A stretch of 64,000 bases of DNA from the human T2T-CHM13v2.0 reference genome, Homo sapiens. The notes under the pieces were generated by a model that was given only the letters and a program-made list of their open reading frames with translations, was not told the DNA's origin and searched no databases. Positions 12,791 to 25,725 of this stretch are shown piece after piece (position 1 is the stretch's first letter; each line of letters opens with the position of its first letter). The position numbers were made by a program, and so were the translations under genes. The stretch lies in the NCBI RefSeq assembly GCF_009914755.1, contig NC_060939.1; one strand, written 5' to 3'.

Positions 12791-12800
12791 CAGATGAGAT
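12735..12800. repeat. (GATA)n tetranucleotide STR
   Basis: GATAGATAGATA... array with GATG and GACA variants. Confidence 0.95.
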
Positions 12801-12804
12801 AAAT

Positions 12805-12990
12805 TATAGATACACATGCAGTTGTAAGAAATAATACAGAGAGATTCCATGTACCTTTCATTGAGTTCCCTTCAGCAGTAACTTCTTGCAAAAAAAAAAT
12901 ATTACAATCAGAATATTTCACACTGATGTAATCCACTGATTTTATCATATTTCTCCAGTTTTGCTTGTACTTATTTGTGTGTGTATGTAC
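12805..12990 (-). mobile_element. L1M 3'-end fragment (L1MC-like)
   Basis: TAGATACACATGCAGTTGTAAGAAATAATACAGAGAGAT resembles an L1MC 3' terminus in reverse. Confidence 0.7.
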
Positions 12991-13341
12991 GTATAGAAGA
13001 AAAGTTAAAATCTTCAGAGTAGTTCCTTAAAGCTTCTACACATCAAATCCCTATATTAAGGAGATAGAGATCCCTTTGCCTATGTAGGAAATGGCAAATA
13101 TCATTGATGTTCTGGAGAACTAACTGTTGCCAGAGAGTAGAAGATAATCTCAATAGAGATTTGAGGATGATGCTTGGTAAAGTCCGAGGGATGCAGTGTC
13201 TGCCACCTGAAGAATATTGAGAATGAAGTCAGAAGAGTCGGGGCAATGGAAATATTAGAATTGATTTATTACACGACATCTAAAATTTACCATCTGATAA
13301 TATTTTCTTAGAATTTCCAGAAAACACTCCTTTCACTAAGT

Positions 13342-13547
13342 CAGTGGTCCTTACACTTGAACTTTAGAGTTCCCAGGAGGAGATCAAAATTTCCAGAAGG
13401 GCTTGTTAGATATAGATTTCTGGGTCCCATTCCCAAAGTCTCATTTAGTAGACCCTAAAATTTCAGGTTTTAAAATTTGCATTTCTAAAACGCTCCTAGG
13501 TGCTGTTAATGTTACTGTTCTGGGGTCTACACTGAGAGAGAACTCTG
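13342..13547. mobile_element. MER5A-like hAT-Charlie element
   Basis: CAGTGGT...TTTGCATTTCTA...AGAACTCTG. Degenerate TSD CACTAAGT/CACTAACA. Confidence 0.8.
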
Positions 13548-14142
13548 CACTAACACAGTAAGAAATGCACTGGGGATAAGGGAGCATCAGCATTGTTGAG
13601 AAGTTCAGTGGTGGGTGTCCTCTGTAGGCTAGATATGACCATTGGAATTCTTAACATGGAAATAATCTCCCTAAGACAAATGGTGATGATGAGATTCCAG
13701 AGTGGTTGAGACTGGGTGGCAGCACTTAACTATCAGACAAGGAGAATATGCCTGACATAATTATTATAATGGGTAAGAACACTGTCATAGTAATCTGGAT
13801 GTCTCAACCTGTAGAAGTTTGTAGCAATGTCTGAGATCAAGGTGACTTTTGATTAAAGGCAAAGGTCTACCCCATAAGGAAGAGCCCTACAATGTCATTG
13901 CAAGTACATGTGGTAAAGATCCCTCTGATTTCCCCCAAAGGGCCCTGTGCTAGGATTACTATGTATGAGGAGCAGGAAATAACTAGACTATTTGAGGGCT
14001 GTTAGATAGATGTTCTAAGCTGACACCAATACCAGGGGACCTAAAATGCCTTCACATTTCTCTAGAGTTGGGGTATAAGAAAGCCAGCTATTAAATAGGA
14101 TTTGGCTCAAGCATATCTCATAGTGGGCCCAATGGGTGTGTA

Positions 14143-14161
14143 TGTATATATATATATATAT

Positions 14162-14199
<38 letters not shown>

Positions 14200-14234
14200 A
14201 TACATATATATATATACATACATATATACGTATA

Positions 14235-14271
<37 letters not shown>
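14143..14271. repeat. (TA)n/(TATACA)n microsatellite
   Basis: About 130 bp of AT dinucleotide array inside pol. Confidence 0.95.
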
Positions 14272-14272
<1 letters not shown>

Positions 14273-14689
14273 GCCTGTGGTTATTTGGTTATTTTCCTGG
14301 GTTCTGAATGTATGATGGACATAGATTTACTTAATAGCCAGCCATGTTGATTATCTGATGTGTAGAGCAATGGCTGTTACAGTGAGAATGGCTAAGTTGA
14401 AGCCCCCATGTCCTCTCCCTTTCAGCTAAGATACACATCAGAGGCAATATTTGTCTTCTTTGAGGAAACTCTGAGACCACTACCACCACCAAAGATGTGC
14501 AATTATGTAGGAGTAGTGGTCCTCTTCCTTTCTCCCATCAATATGTCTAGATCCTGCAAAAGCCAGGTGGATTGTGGTGGATTATGGTGGCTACCATAAG
14601 ATAAAAGATGGTAGCCCTATCTGTGCCTTCCTGCTGGGTGTGTTATTTTTACATACAATTAACATAGTCTCTGGCACTTGATGTAGGGC

Positions 14690-14993
14690 TTTTTTTTTTT
14701 TTTTTTTTTGAGACAGTATCTTGTTTTGTCACCCGGGCTGGAGTGCAGTTGTGTGATCATAGTCACTGCAACCTTAAACTCCTAGGCACAAGAATTCCTC
14801 CTGCTTCAGCCTCCTGAATAAGCATGACTACAAATACATGCCACCTTGCCCAACTAATTCTAAAAAATTGTTTGTAGAGACGGGGGTCTCACTTTGTTGC
14901 CTAGGCTGGTCTCAAAATCCTGGGCTCAAGAGATCCTCCTGCCTCGGCTTCCCAAAGTTCTGAGATTACAGCCATGAGCCACTGTGCTCAGCC
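14690..14993 (-). mobile_element. AluJ
   Basis: Poly-T head, CTCCTAGGCACAAG and CCTGGGCTCAAG J-type diagnostics. Confidence 0.93.
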
Positions 14994-15033
14994 TGTCGTA
15001 CGACTTTTTTATGGCAAATGATTTCTTGATCAT

Positions 15034-15541
15034 TCTGGCAGGCTGAATAATAACCCCCAAATATGTCCATGTCACAATCTCAGAAATCTATAAATTTTAA
15101 TGTACATGGAAAAAAGGGACTTTGCAAATGTGATTAAGTGTAGAATCTCGAGATGGGAAGATTATCCTGAATTATCCCAGTGGGCTGGATGTAATCATAC
15201 ATGTCCTTATAAATAGGATTAGAAGGGCCAGAGTCAGAAGAAAGCACTGTGGTGACAGGAGGAGAGACTGTAGAGATGCACTTTGAAGATAGAGGAAGGG
15301 GCTACAAGCTGAATAACACCAGGGGTCTCTAGAAGTAGAAAGTAGAAGATCTAGAAAAGGCAAAGAAACGAGTTTTCCTCTAAAACCCCAGAAGGGACCA
15401 GCGCTTCTGACACCTTGCCTTTAGCCCAGTGAAATTAGTTACAGACATCTTGTCTTCAGAAATATAACAGAATACATTTGTATTGTTTTAAGAAACCAAA
15501 TTTGTGGTAATTTGTTGCAATAGCCATAAGAAAGGAATATG
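15034..15541 (+). mobile_element. MLT1 (MLT1D-like) solo LTR
   Basis: TGGCAGGCTGAATAAT..GGGACTTTGCAAATGTGATTAAG..GATTATCCTGAATTATCC..TTTGTGGTAATTTGTT. Confidence 0.88.
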
Positions 15542-16879
15542 CCATTAGTATCAGCAAAAAGGATTAACACAGTGCAAATTACTCACTGCCTGCACCAAGG
15601 CTGTGATAAAGTTTAAAATTACATATACAGTCATATATAATTCATATGGTCATAAAGTTCAAAAGTATATATATATATATATATATATATATACTGTGTA
15701 TTTATATGGTATAATAAATATTATATATATAGTATGTATATAATTGAATATATTATTGTCCTTAAATTGATGACATGATGTTGACTGGACCTAGTGAGTA
15801 GGAAATGGCAAATATTATTGATGTCCTGGTTATTACATGTTGCCAGAGAGTAGAAGATAATCTCAACAGAGCCTCGTGGGGTGATGCATTGGTGAAGTTC
15901 AGAGGGATGCAGTCTCTACCATGTGCTGGGACTGTCTAAAGTTAAGGATAAGTTGTTAGAATTTGCACTTTCTACCACTAGGTAAGAGGCACAACTCTTA
16001 GTGGGCTTCTTAGAATTTTAGAAGAAACATATGCCACATATGAGAATACTGCTCCAACTTGGAAAACCGCAAGGGTCAAGTGGGCTCTGATAAAGAGAAG
16101 CCTCTGCAACAGGCTCAGAATGCAATGCAGGCTGCCCTTCCACTCATGCCATATGACCCTGTAAATCTGATGGTGTCAGATGTTGCTGTGGTAAAGAATG
16201 ATGATGTGTTGTTTCTCTGACAAGCCCTAATTAGAGAGTCACAGTTCACATGCCAGATTTCTGAAGCAATATCAGGCCTTCTATGGAAGAGAACCACTTG
16301 CCATTTGAAAAAAAACATCAGTAGAACTATTTGGTCATTTCAAATGGAAAGAAAAGTAATCTGAGATAAGGACACACAGGCTTCTGGGCTTTGAGGAATG
16401 GCTGAGCTTGTTGCATAGGATTCTGGAAGAAATTAAACCTGAAGATCAGAGACCAGCAGATTTGAGGGAGAGATATAGTCACAGACCTGTAGGAATGGTC
16501 CCAAAGCATACAGTTATTTTATTTTTTAAAAATTATAATATTTATTAAATTTTGTTACTATTTATAACATAGATTTATTGACTTTTGGTTGGGAAAACTA
16601 GTTGCGTGCATTTGTTCAGTTCATTGCAGAATCTTTAGCACCCTGGCCTAAGGATTAAACGCCCATAGTATACCACTTTTATTGCAATAGCCAAGAATGC
16701 TGCTACACATTTTCACACACCCCCAGGAGGGTATTTAGTTCTCATTCTACTTGAGAATGATTTAATACCGTAAAACTTACCACCAGGTATGATTCTTAGA
16801 ATAATTTTATATGTTTCCAATTTTTAGAGTTAGATGTATTTAGATTATCTCAAATATATTATTAATGTATTTTTAAATC

Positions 16880-17125
16880 TTTTTTTGAGGTATAACGCAT
16901 ATACTCTACTCTCAGAATTAAGTTTTAAAGAATACAATTTGATGAATTTTTTTTACCTACACATTATACCCATGCAATCACCATCCAGGTTAAGATGCTG
17001 AATATTTTTAGGACTTCAGAAATCTTTATGACCCTTTTCAATCAACCTCTGAGAGGTTAACTTCTAATCTAACTTCTATCACCATGTATTAGTTTTGCCT
17101 GTTTTTGAACCTTATTTTTTTTAAA
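16880..17125 (-). mobile_element. L1M 3'-end fragment
   Basis: TTTTGAGGTATAA..TTTGATGAATTTT..TAGTTTTGCCTGTTTTTGAAC. Confidence 0.7.
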
Positions 17126-17637
17126 AAAAACAATCATAGTAAAGCATTCAGATCTCTGTCTTTAATCCTTCCAGAAAGCATCTACCACCAAGGAGGCTTC
17201 AGTCACCAGGTGGACAGAATGACTCATCCAGGCATGTGAACTAGTCTCTGACTAGTTTATCCCTGTGTTGGTGCAATCAGTCCATGACCATGTGGTCATG
17301 GTGGTAAAGATGAAGGCTACACAAAAACTCAACAGCATAAGTTCTCCCTGATCTAGCTACTGTCAGGGCCTAGTGTCTATCCTGTCAGCAACATACACTG
17401 GGCCCTCCACGTAGCTCCATTTATTTAAAAGGCCAGCCATTAATAGCAGACAGGCCAATTATTCTGAACGTCTTTTATCCTGGAAGGGTATTAATTTGTC
17501 CTTACTGGACTTAATAGGTACTCCAGGCTATGATTTCCTCTTTTTTGTCAGCAAGGACTCCACCCATACCACTAAGAGTACTTATAAAATGCTTGCATGG
17601 CATCTCATATAACAATGCTTCAGATTAAGACACACAT

Positions 17638-19961
17638 TGTATTAGTCTTTTCTCATGCTGCTGATAAAGACATACCCAAGACTGGGTAATATATAAAGGA
17701 AAGAGGTTTAATGGACTCACAGTTCCACATGGCTGGGGAGGCCCCACAATTATGGCAGAAGGCAAAGGAAGAGCAAAGTCATGTCTTAGGTGGCTACAGG
17801 CAAGAGAGAGCATGTGCAGGAGACCTCTTCTATGTAACACCATCAGATCTCCTGAGACTTATTCACTACCATGAGAACAGCATGGGAAAAACCTGCCCGC
17901 ATGATTCAATTACCTCCCCCTGGGTTCCTCCCATGACACATGAGGATTATGGGAGCTAAAATTCAAGATAAGATTTGGGTGCAGACAGAGCCAAACCATA
18001 TCATTAAACCCCTGTACCCTCCCAAATCTCATATCCTCACATTTCAAAACCAATGATGCCTTCTCAACAGTTCCTCAAAGTCTTAACTTATTTTAGCATT
18101 AACTCAAAAGTCCATAGTCCAAAGTCTCATCTGAGACAAGACAAGTCCCTTCTGCCTATGAACCTGTAAAATCAAAAGCAAGTTAGTTACTTCCTAGATA
18201 CAATGTGTGTACAGGTATTGGGTAAATACACCCAAATGGGAGAAATTGGCTAAAACAAAGGGGCTACATGCAATTCTGAAATCCGGAAGGCCAGTCAAAT
18301 TTTAAAGCTCCAGAATGTTCTCCTTTGACCCCATGTCTCACATCCAGGTCATGCTGATGCAAGAGGTGGGTTCCCATGGTCTTGGGCAGCTCTGCCCCTG
18401 TGGCTTTGCAGAATATAGCCTCCCTCCTGGCTGCTTTCATGGACTGGCATTGAGTGACTGCAGATTTTCCAGGCACATGGTACAAGCTGTCAATGGATCT
18501 ACCTTTCTGGGGTCTGGAGGGTGGTGGCCTGCTTCTCATACCTCCACTAGGCAGTGCCCCAGTGGGGAAATCTGTGTGGGGGCTTGCACCCCACATCTCC
18601 CTTTTGCACTACCCTAGCAGAGGTTCTCCATGAGGATTCCACCCCTGTAGCACCCCTCTGCCTGGATATCCAGGTGTTTCCATACGTCTTCTGAAATCTA
18701 GGCAAATGTTGTCAAACCTCAATTCTTGACTTCTGTGTCCCTGCAGGCCCAACACCACATGTAAGCTGCCAAGGCTTGGGGCTTGCACCCTCTGAAGCAA
18801 CGGCCTGAGCTCTATGTCGGCCCCTTTTAACCATGGCTGGGATGCAGAGCACTAAGTCCGAGACTGCACAAAGCAGCAGGGCACTGGGCCAGGCCCATGA
18901 AACCATATTTTCCTCCTAGGCCCCCAGGTCTGTGATGGAAAGGGCTGCTGTAAAGACCTCTCAGATGCCCTGGAGACATTTTTCCATTGTTTTGGTGATT
19001 AACATTTGGCTCTTCGTTACTTATGCAAATTTCTGCAGCCGGCTTGAATTTCTTCTCAGAAAATGGGTTTTTCTTTTCTACTCCATCATCAGGCTGCAAA
19101 TTTTCTGAACTTTTATATTTTTTGCTTCCCTTTTAACATAAGTTCCAATTCCAACCATCATAGCTTTGTGAATACATAAAACTGAATACTATTAACAGTA
19201 CCCTAGTCACCTCTTGAATGCTTTGCTGCTTAGAAATTTCTTCCACCAGATGCCCTAAATCATCTCTCTCAAGTTCAAAGTTTGACAGATTTCTAGGACA
19301 GGGGCAAAATGTCACCAGTCTCTTTGCCAAAACATAGAAAGAGTCACACTTTTGCTTCAGTTTCCAAAAAGTTCCTCATCTCCATCTGAGACCACCTCAG
19401 CCTGGACTTTGTTGCCCATATCACTGTCAGCATTTTGGTCAAAGCCATTCAACAAAGGTCTAGGAAGTTTCAAACTTTCCCACATCTTCCTGCCTTCTTC
19501 TGAGTCCTTCAGACTGTTCCAACCTCTGCCTGTTACCCAGTTCCAAAGTCACTTCCACATTTTTAGGTATCTTTATAGCAGCACCTCACTCTACTGGTAC
19601 CAATTTACTGTATTAGTCTGTTCTCATGCTGCTAATAAAGACATACCATAGACTGGGTAATTTATAAAGGAAAGAGGTTTAATGGACTCACATTTCCACA
19701 TGGTTGGGGAGTCCTTACAATCATCATGGAAGGCAAACGAGGAACAAAGTCATGTCTTACAAGGCAGCAGGCAAGGGAGAGCATTTGCAGGGGAACTCCC
19801 CTTTATAAAACCATCACATCTCGTGAGACTTAATCACAGCATGGAAAAGACCCGCCCCCATGATTCAATTGCTTCACATTGGGTTCCTCTCATGACTCAT
19901 GGGCATTATGGGAGCTACAATTCAAGATGAGATTTGGGTGGGACCCAGCCAAACCATATCA
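17638..19961 (-). mobile_element. Complete THE1 (THE1C-like) MaLR element: LTR-internal-LTR
   Basis: LTRs at 17638-18003 and 19609-19961 (TGTATTAGT...CCATATCA), ~1.6-kb internal region at 18004-19608, TSD CACAT/CCCAT. Inserted in the integrase SDQGTHF-like motif. Confidence 0.96.
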
Positions 19962-20031
19962 CCCATTTAATGGCAAAAAGAGTATGTCCTTGGGCACATG
20001 CCCATGAGATTCACAAATCATGTAATGTACT

Positions 20032-20386
20032 TAATATGGTTTGGCTGTGTCCCCACCCAAATCTCAACTTGAATTGTACCTCCCAGAATTCCCACGTGTT
20101 GTGGGAGGGACCTAGCGGGAGGTAATTGAATCATGGGGGCTGGTTTTTCCCATGCTATTCTCCTGATGGTGAGTAAGTCTCAGAAGATCTGACGGGTTTA
20201 TCAGGGGTTTCTGCTTTTGCTTCTTCCTCACTCTTCTCTTGTTGCTGCCATGCAAAACTTGCCTTTTGCCTCCAGTCATGATTCTGAGGCCTTCCCAGCC
20301 ATATGGAACTGTAGGTCCAATTAAACTTCCTTTTCTTCCCAGTTTCAGGTATGTCTTTATCAGCAACATGAAAACGAACTAATACA
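20032..20386 (+). mobile_element. THE1 (THE1A-like) solo LTR
   Basis: TAATATGGTTTGG...CTAATACA with perfect TSD GTACT (20027-20031, 20387-20391). Confidence 0.95.
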
Positions 20387-21353
20387 GTACTCCATCACCA
20401 CATTTCAGACCAAAAGAATGCTGGAATAGCCTGCTAAAGCTCAAATAGAGCAGCATCTCAGAACAACATCACGAACAGCTGGGACACTATTTTCTTTGAT
20501 TGAGAACATGCCCAGAATCAACAAGAGTACATAGTGCTATGTCCCCAGTACTTAAGATACATGGGTCCAGAAATCAGTGTGCAAAAATAGAATTTACACA
20601 TCTCAGCCTCACTCCTGTCAACTCAATTTCTATTTTGTTTTTCACCCTTGAAAACTCAGCCTCTTCCTAATTAAAGACCCTCAGTTTCCCAAAAAAGAAG
20701 TCTGGTGCCAGGGGACACATTTAGTTTCCTGCAGAACTGAAAGCTACAACTCTCATAAGCCCATATTAGGCTTATGAGCCAGCAAACAAGAAAAGAGCTA
20801 CTCTGCTGGAGGTGGGTGCTTGACTTTGATCACTATGAGGCATTATAGTTTCTCCTACACAATGGAGACAAGGAAGCCCTATGTCGGGATACCAGAGGAT
20901 TCAATGGGGCATCTGTTTGTGCTTCTGTACCCCAAAACAAAGGTAAAAACAAGTGTTTGCAGCAACCACGGTATCCCAATAATAGATGCAAGGTAACTAA
21001 GAGTTCAGTCCCTATAGGGATAAAGTTCTGAGTCACTCCATCAGGCAAGCAACCCAGACCAGCTCAGTGTGCAAGAAATCAAAAAAGGGAAGTAGAGAAG
21101 GGAGATCATGAATGTCATGGTCTCAGAATCAGCTCTATGGCACCAGGGAATTTAACCTGTTTCATAAACACTCTTGCCTTAATCCTTCTCAGAAATCATA
21201 GCTGCCACCAGCTAAAGAGAGCTCCATGAATAATTTACAGGCCCTCTTAGGGATAAATTAGGATCTGCTCATAAAAATAGAAGTACCTCTGTATTGTGAG
21301 AGGCTGGAATAGTAAGAGGGCATGTGTGGATCTGAGTGCTGCTAGGGGAACAC

Positions 21354-21907
21354 TGTATCAGGCACCTCCTTATGTACCCTCTCTGATCCTTTTGACCTTA
21401 TGTGTCTCTAGGCTGCGTGTTTTGCCCAGTTACCACTAGGGAGCCAACTCGGCATGGACTTTGACCCACTTCACATGGATACAACCCAATAGAACTTGTC
21501 CATGCCAGGCCACTGTCACCTTCGACTCTGGAGCTTCTCCGTTGACACTAAAGCGTGAGATGCTATGAGACCTACATGGCATGCACAAGCCAGAGGTGTG
21601 GGGAAGTTAATTTCCTTTGGGGAAAACCTATGAAACGTGGGATCCAGAGGATAAATTCTTCTTCTTTCCTTTCCTATGGACTGTCTTGAGGAGCAGTACT
21701 TCTTAAGACTACTCTAAAGGCAATCCCACGATATTTAGCAATTGTGTTCACTTGCTACCATGCAGTGAACAGTTTAGTAAGGTACCTACATATGGACTCT
21801 CTTGTCTGAGTCACTTCCCTTTTCCAGGCTCTTGCTTCCCTAGTATTACATTTAAGGGTTAACTAGTGGCCTCAGGCTCTTTTTTCTGGGTAGTCCAGGC
21901 TAAGACA
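21354..21907 (+). mobile_element. 3' LTR (LTR16-like)
   Basis: TGTATCA...CCAGGCTAAGACA. Shares motifs with the 5' LTR (GGCATGG..CATGG..ACAACCCAA). Confidence 0.85.
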
Positions 21908-22035
21908 GGTGTATACTATTTGATCCCCATTTTATAGATGAGAAACTGAGGCAAAAAGAAGTGAAGCAACTCGCTGGGATCATATATCTAGGTCTTTCAC
22001 ACCTAGATCAGCCTGGCTTAAAATCTAGATCTTAA
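21908..22035 (-). mobile_element. MIR, right half
   Basis: TACTATT..TCCCCATTTTATAGATGAGAAACTGAGGC; continues 8560-8655. Confidence 0.85.
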
Positions 22036-23324
22036 TTAATGTATTTAATAGAAGACATGATCTAGTTGCTGAAAACAGTTGGGATGGTAAAAATCAATCC
22101 TGTAGATTAAGCAGTAATGGTTTGAATGGGGTGGTGTTTAACGGAGTCCTGAACTATAAATGATCAGGAGAGGTGATTTGATAATTACTCAGTGAGAGTA
22201 AGTAAAAGGCTGTTGCCTTCTAGCGTGGCATAGACCAGTGTAGGGACACTGTTCTGCCATTTGGAAATACCGTAGAAAAAGCATTCTATAAGAGATGTCT
22301 ATGGTGTTTCTGGTAAGCAGGTTCAAAAAAAGGGAGGAGAGAGAGAGAGGAAGAAGTAGAAGGAAAAAAATTAAGACCTGGTCACAGGGTGAGGGAATTT
22401 CCCTAACAAGTTAGTAGGTGAAATATATGGCTAGGGTAAAAGTGATGAATAGTTAGGGTCTGAGCTGAAAGTTTACAAGGATTGGGATATAAACGACTAT
22501 AGTAGGAGACCTGGGCAGGGAACAAAGGGTGCAGGGCATTAGCTGGGAAGGAGGTAGGTGTGGAGCAGATATCAGAAGCTGGACCTGCCATCATGCACAG
22601 AAATATGTGTATGATCCATGTATGTACGATCCATTGGCTCCTATCAAGAAAAGTCCATCTTCTTTCATTCACACAGGTCTATGGGCCAGATCACACACAC
22701 AAAGTGAAGGAAAAACAGTTTCTTATCTTTCATCAAGTCTGCTATTGAACAAGAACATGCTGCTTCTAGCTTATCCCTTGACTAAACTATATTTATTTAT
22801 ATTCTGCAGTCTTAGAAAGAAAACCTCTCCTACCCTTGCAAACATGAGAGGCAGAAGTTCATTTTTATACAGCTAAACAGAGATTGCCTGTTTAAAGAAA
22901 AATCTGGAAATTGGTACTGGATGAAAAGAATATTCACTGACTTTAAAATATTGGAGATTATGCTCTGAAGTCCAATAGCTTATTTGTTCAATAGGCCCCA
23001 TGGGTAGCCCTGAAAATAGAACCTGATGAAATCAAGGCGGGGAAGTAGAGAAGGTCAGTGACTTAAGAGTTAAGATAACAAAGAACCAGCTCTCAGATCT
23101 TCGTCCTTTCAGTAGAAGCAATTTTTTCAGAGGTATTAGCGTACCAATTTACACTATCTCAACTCTAAATTAATTAACACAGTGTAATGGATGAAAGAAA
23201 TACTCCAGACACACCGACATCAGGCAATAGTATCCTAACTTACCTTTCAGATTCTACTTTTTCTCAGGTCCTCCAACAGTCTGTTCTCACCCCAAGACAA
23301 GCTCTCCTTTAAGGAGTCTAGTTA

Positions 23325-23865
23325 TATTATCTTCTCCTTCAAGCCATACAATACCTCCCCTTTGCATTAGTAATAAAATTCAAAATTTTTATCCTGGTCC
23401 CAGTGACCTAGCTCTAGCCTGCCTCTCTCACCTCATATGGGTACCCTCCCCCTCACCTTCACCACATGTTCCAGTCATACTAGTGTTTGTTCTCTTGTTT
23501 AGTGCCTTAATCTTTTTACAGGAGGTTTCTAATCATTAGGGTTCAGCTGAAAGAATCCATCTCAGAGGGACCTTCTGCAACTTCCCAGATAGTAGTAGCC
23601 ATTCCTGCTATGTCTTGTCCCTGTAACATCACTCTTTTGTTTCCTTTATGCTAATTTTCATTATCTGAAACTATCTTGCTTATATATTTATCTGTTCATT
23701 ATCTGCTTCCTCATACTACATATAATCTTCAAAAGAGCAAGAACTAATTTTGCAGTGCTCACAGTTACACCTCTAGCACCTAGAAAAGGGCTTGGAAGAC
23801 AGCCACACACACTCCTTTCCCCAAATAAAAATTGATGAGTGAGTAAATGAATGAATGCATGAAAC
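23325..23865 (+). mobile_element. L2 3' portion
   Basis: ATAAAATTCAAAAT..GCCTGCCTCTCTCACCTCAT..CTCTAGCACCTAGAA..TGAATGAATG tail. Confidence 0.8.
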
Positions 23866-24132
23866 TAAATATTCTTAGCGCATTTCACAGTCTATACAAC
23901 TTCAGGATCCCTGCATATACATCCCCAAGATTACCACTTTTATTACAGGCTGTTCCAGAAGACTTCCTGACTATCAAAAAAAAAAAAAAATGCCATTTAG
24001 TACAAAATGACTACTAAGCCTTCCAAGAAACCAAGGACGTTCTAGTACCAATTGAATACTATTGCATGCTGGTCATTTATTTTATTTGTTTATTTGCCTT
24101 ACAAATTCTGAGTTATTGTTGTGTATATGAAG

Positions 24133-24355
24133 CAAGGGTCACCAAATTACAGCCTCCAGGCCAAATTTGGCTCACCCCCTATTTTTATAAATACATTTTA
24201 ATGGGAAAACAGCCACAGCCTTTTGTTTACATATTTTTATGGCTTCTCTTGTGTCAAAAAGGCAGAGCTGAGGAGCTGCGACAGAGATGGTATAACCCCC
24301 AAAGCTGAAAATATTTGCTGTCTGACCCTTTACAGAAAAAGTTTACTGATTCTTG
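24133..24355. mobile_element. MER58A-like hAT-Charlie element
   Basis: CAAGGGTCACCAAATT..GGCCAAAT..CCCTTTACAGAAAAAGTTT. Degenerate TSD ATATGAAG/ATATACAG. Confidence 0.85.
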
Positions 24356-25408
24356 ATATACAGCAATATGTACTCAAAAATAGAAACTGTGTGAGAAAAA
24401 GAGCTGCAAAATGTCAGGGGGAGAAATGAGAGCATTGACTGGTGTTTTCTTTGGGTAAAATCCAGGAAATTTGATAGTGACCAAATTAGAAGTGTATCCT
24501 CAAAATGGTTTTGGATTAGAGCGTGAGAGAGAAGACTACATTTCAGTGGTTAGCTCAGAAATCAGAAGTTTACTGGCTGAAGACCAACCTTTCTTTCAGG
24601 CTAGTTCTGTATTCTCTTGCTAAGAGACACTTAGTTCCCTTCCATTTCACACTGGGCCCCCTCTTCCTACCTTTGTTTGCATCTGTTCTCTGTGCAATCC
24701 GGAATGTAGGGAACACTGCCATCTTCATGATGAATCGTTTCCTCCATTGAATTGCAATTACAGGTTTTAATCAGTTCATTATTTCACCTAGTTTTTGGGT
24801 CCTGACAGTTATGCTATGGAAACTAATTGAATTGGCTTTACCTCAAGGCATTCCCACAAGAAGATTTTTACCTTGCCATTTGGGAATTTTTTGGCTGTTT
24901 GACCAAATTAGCCCTAATTGCTCTGTAACCTAAAAAAAAAAAAATCTTATGTTTATATTTTTCCTTTGAAAGATTTTACATTCTATTCCTGCTCTGAACA
25001 CAGTGCTCTTTATATAAAAAGACAAATCACTGGCCTGTAAGTTAGTGTGTTATATACCAAGCTTCTTATAGAAGAGGCTATAGAGTGTTTGTATAATATA
25101 CCCTTATTCTTTTTCATAGCCCTCCTTTAGAATAATTTTTTTAAAGTGTGGAAAGGCTGGACATTAGATTACATTTTTTCAACCATTTCGTATTTCTGCT
25201 GCTGCAAGTTCTAGTCTATGGAAAATATATGGCCCAGGAATAACGTTTGACTGTCTGTCCGTGGTGACATTATCTTAGCAAGTTCACCATGATCTAAGGC
25301 TGGGTTCTCAGATTTTGGGGTGCCTCACTGGCTTACATCAAATTGACAAAGTTTCATCTGATAAAGAAATCAAAATGTCAGTTGATAATATCATGATGAG
25401 AATACAGC

Positions 25409-25725
25409 AGCCAGGCATGGTAGCTCATGCCTGTAATCCCAGCACTTTGAGAGGCCGAGGCAGAAAGACTGCTTGAGCCCGGGAGTTTGAGACCAGCCAG
25501 GGCAACATAGTGAGACCTCATCCCTACAAAAAAAAATTTAAAAAAATAGTTGGACATGGTGGTGCATGCCTGTGGTCCCAGCTACTCGGGAGGCTGAGGT
25601 GGGAGCATTGCTTGGACCCTGGAGTTCAAGTGTTCAATGAGCTAGAGCTATGGCCACTGCACTCCACCCCGGGCAACAGAATGAGATCCTGTAAAAAAAA
25701 AAAAAAAAAAAAAAAAAGAAAGAAA
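25409..25725 (+). mobile_element. AluJ
   Basis: GCTTGAGCCCGGGAGTTTGAG, GGCAACATAGTGAGACC, long poly-A. Confidence 0.95.

Larger units (their letters stand above)
13960..20960 (+). pseudogene. ERV-L pro-pol-dUTPase remnant (interrupted)
   Basis: Protease [17 protein letters not shown] at 13996-14046 (cf. GLLDTGSELTLIPGDPK). RT LHQGC at 15590-15604 (cf. LPQGY) and *IDDMMLTGPSE from 15763 (cf. YIDDIML.GPSE). Integrase GHGGKDEGY..CLSCQQ at ~17295-17391 and SD*DTH/LMAKRV. dUTPase-like stretch at ~20700-20880. Confidence 0.85.

Noticed and set aside
17625-20369. Cluster of 60-110 aa ORFs
   Set aside because: All lie in THE1 LTR or internal sequence and are fragmented.
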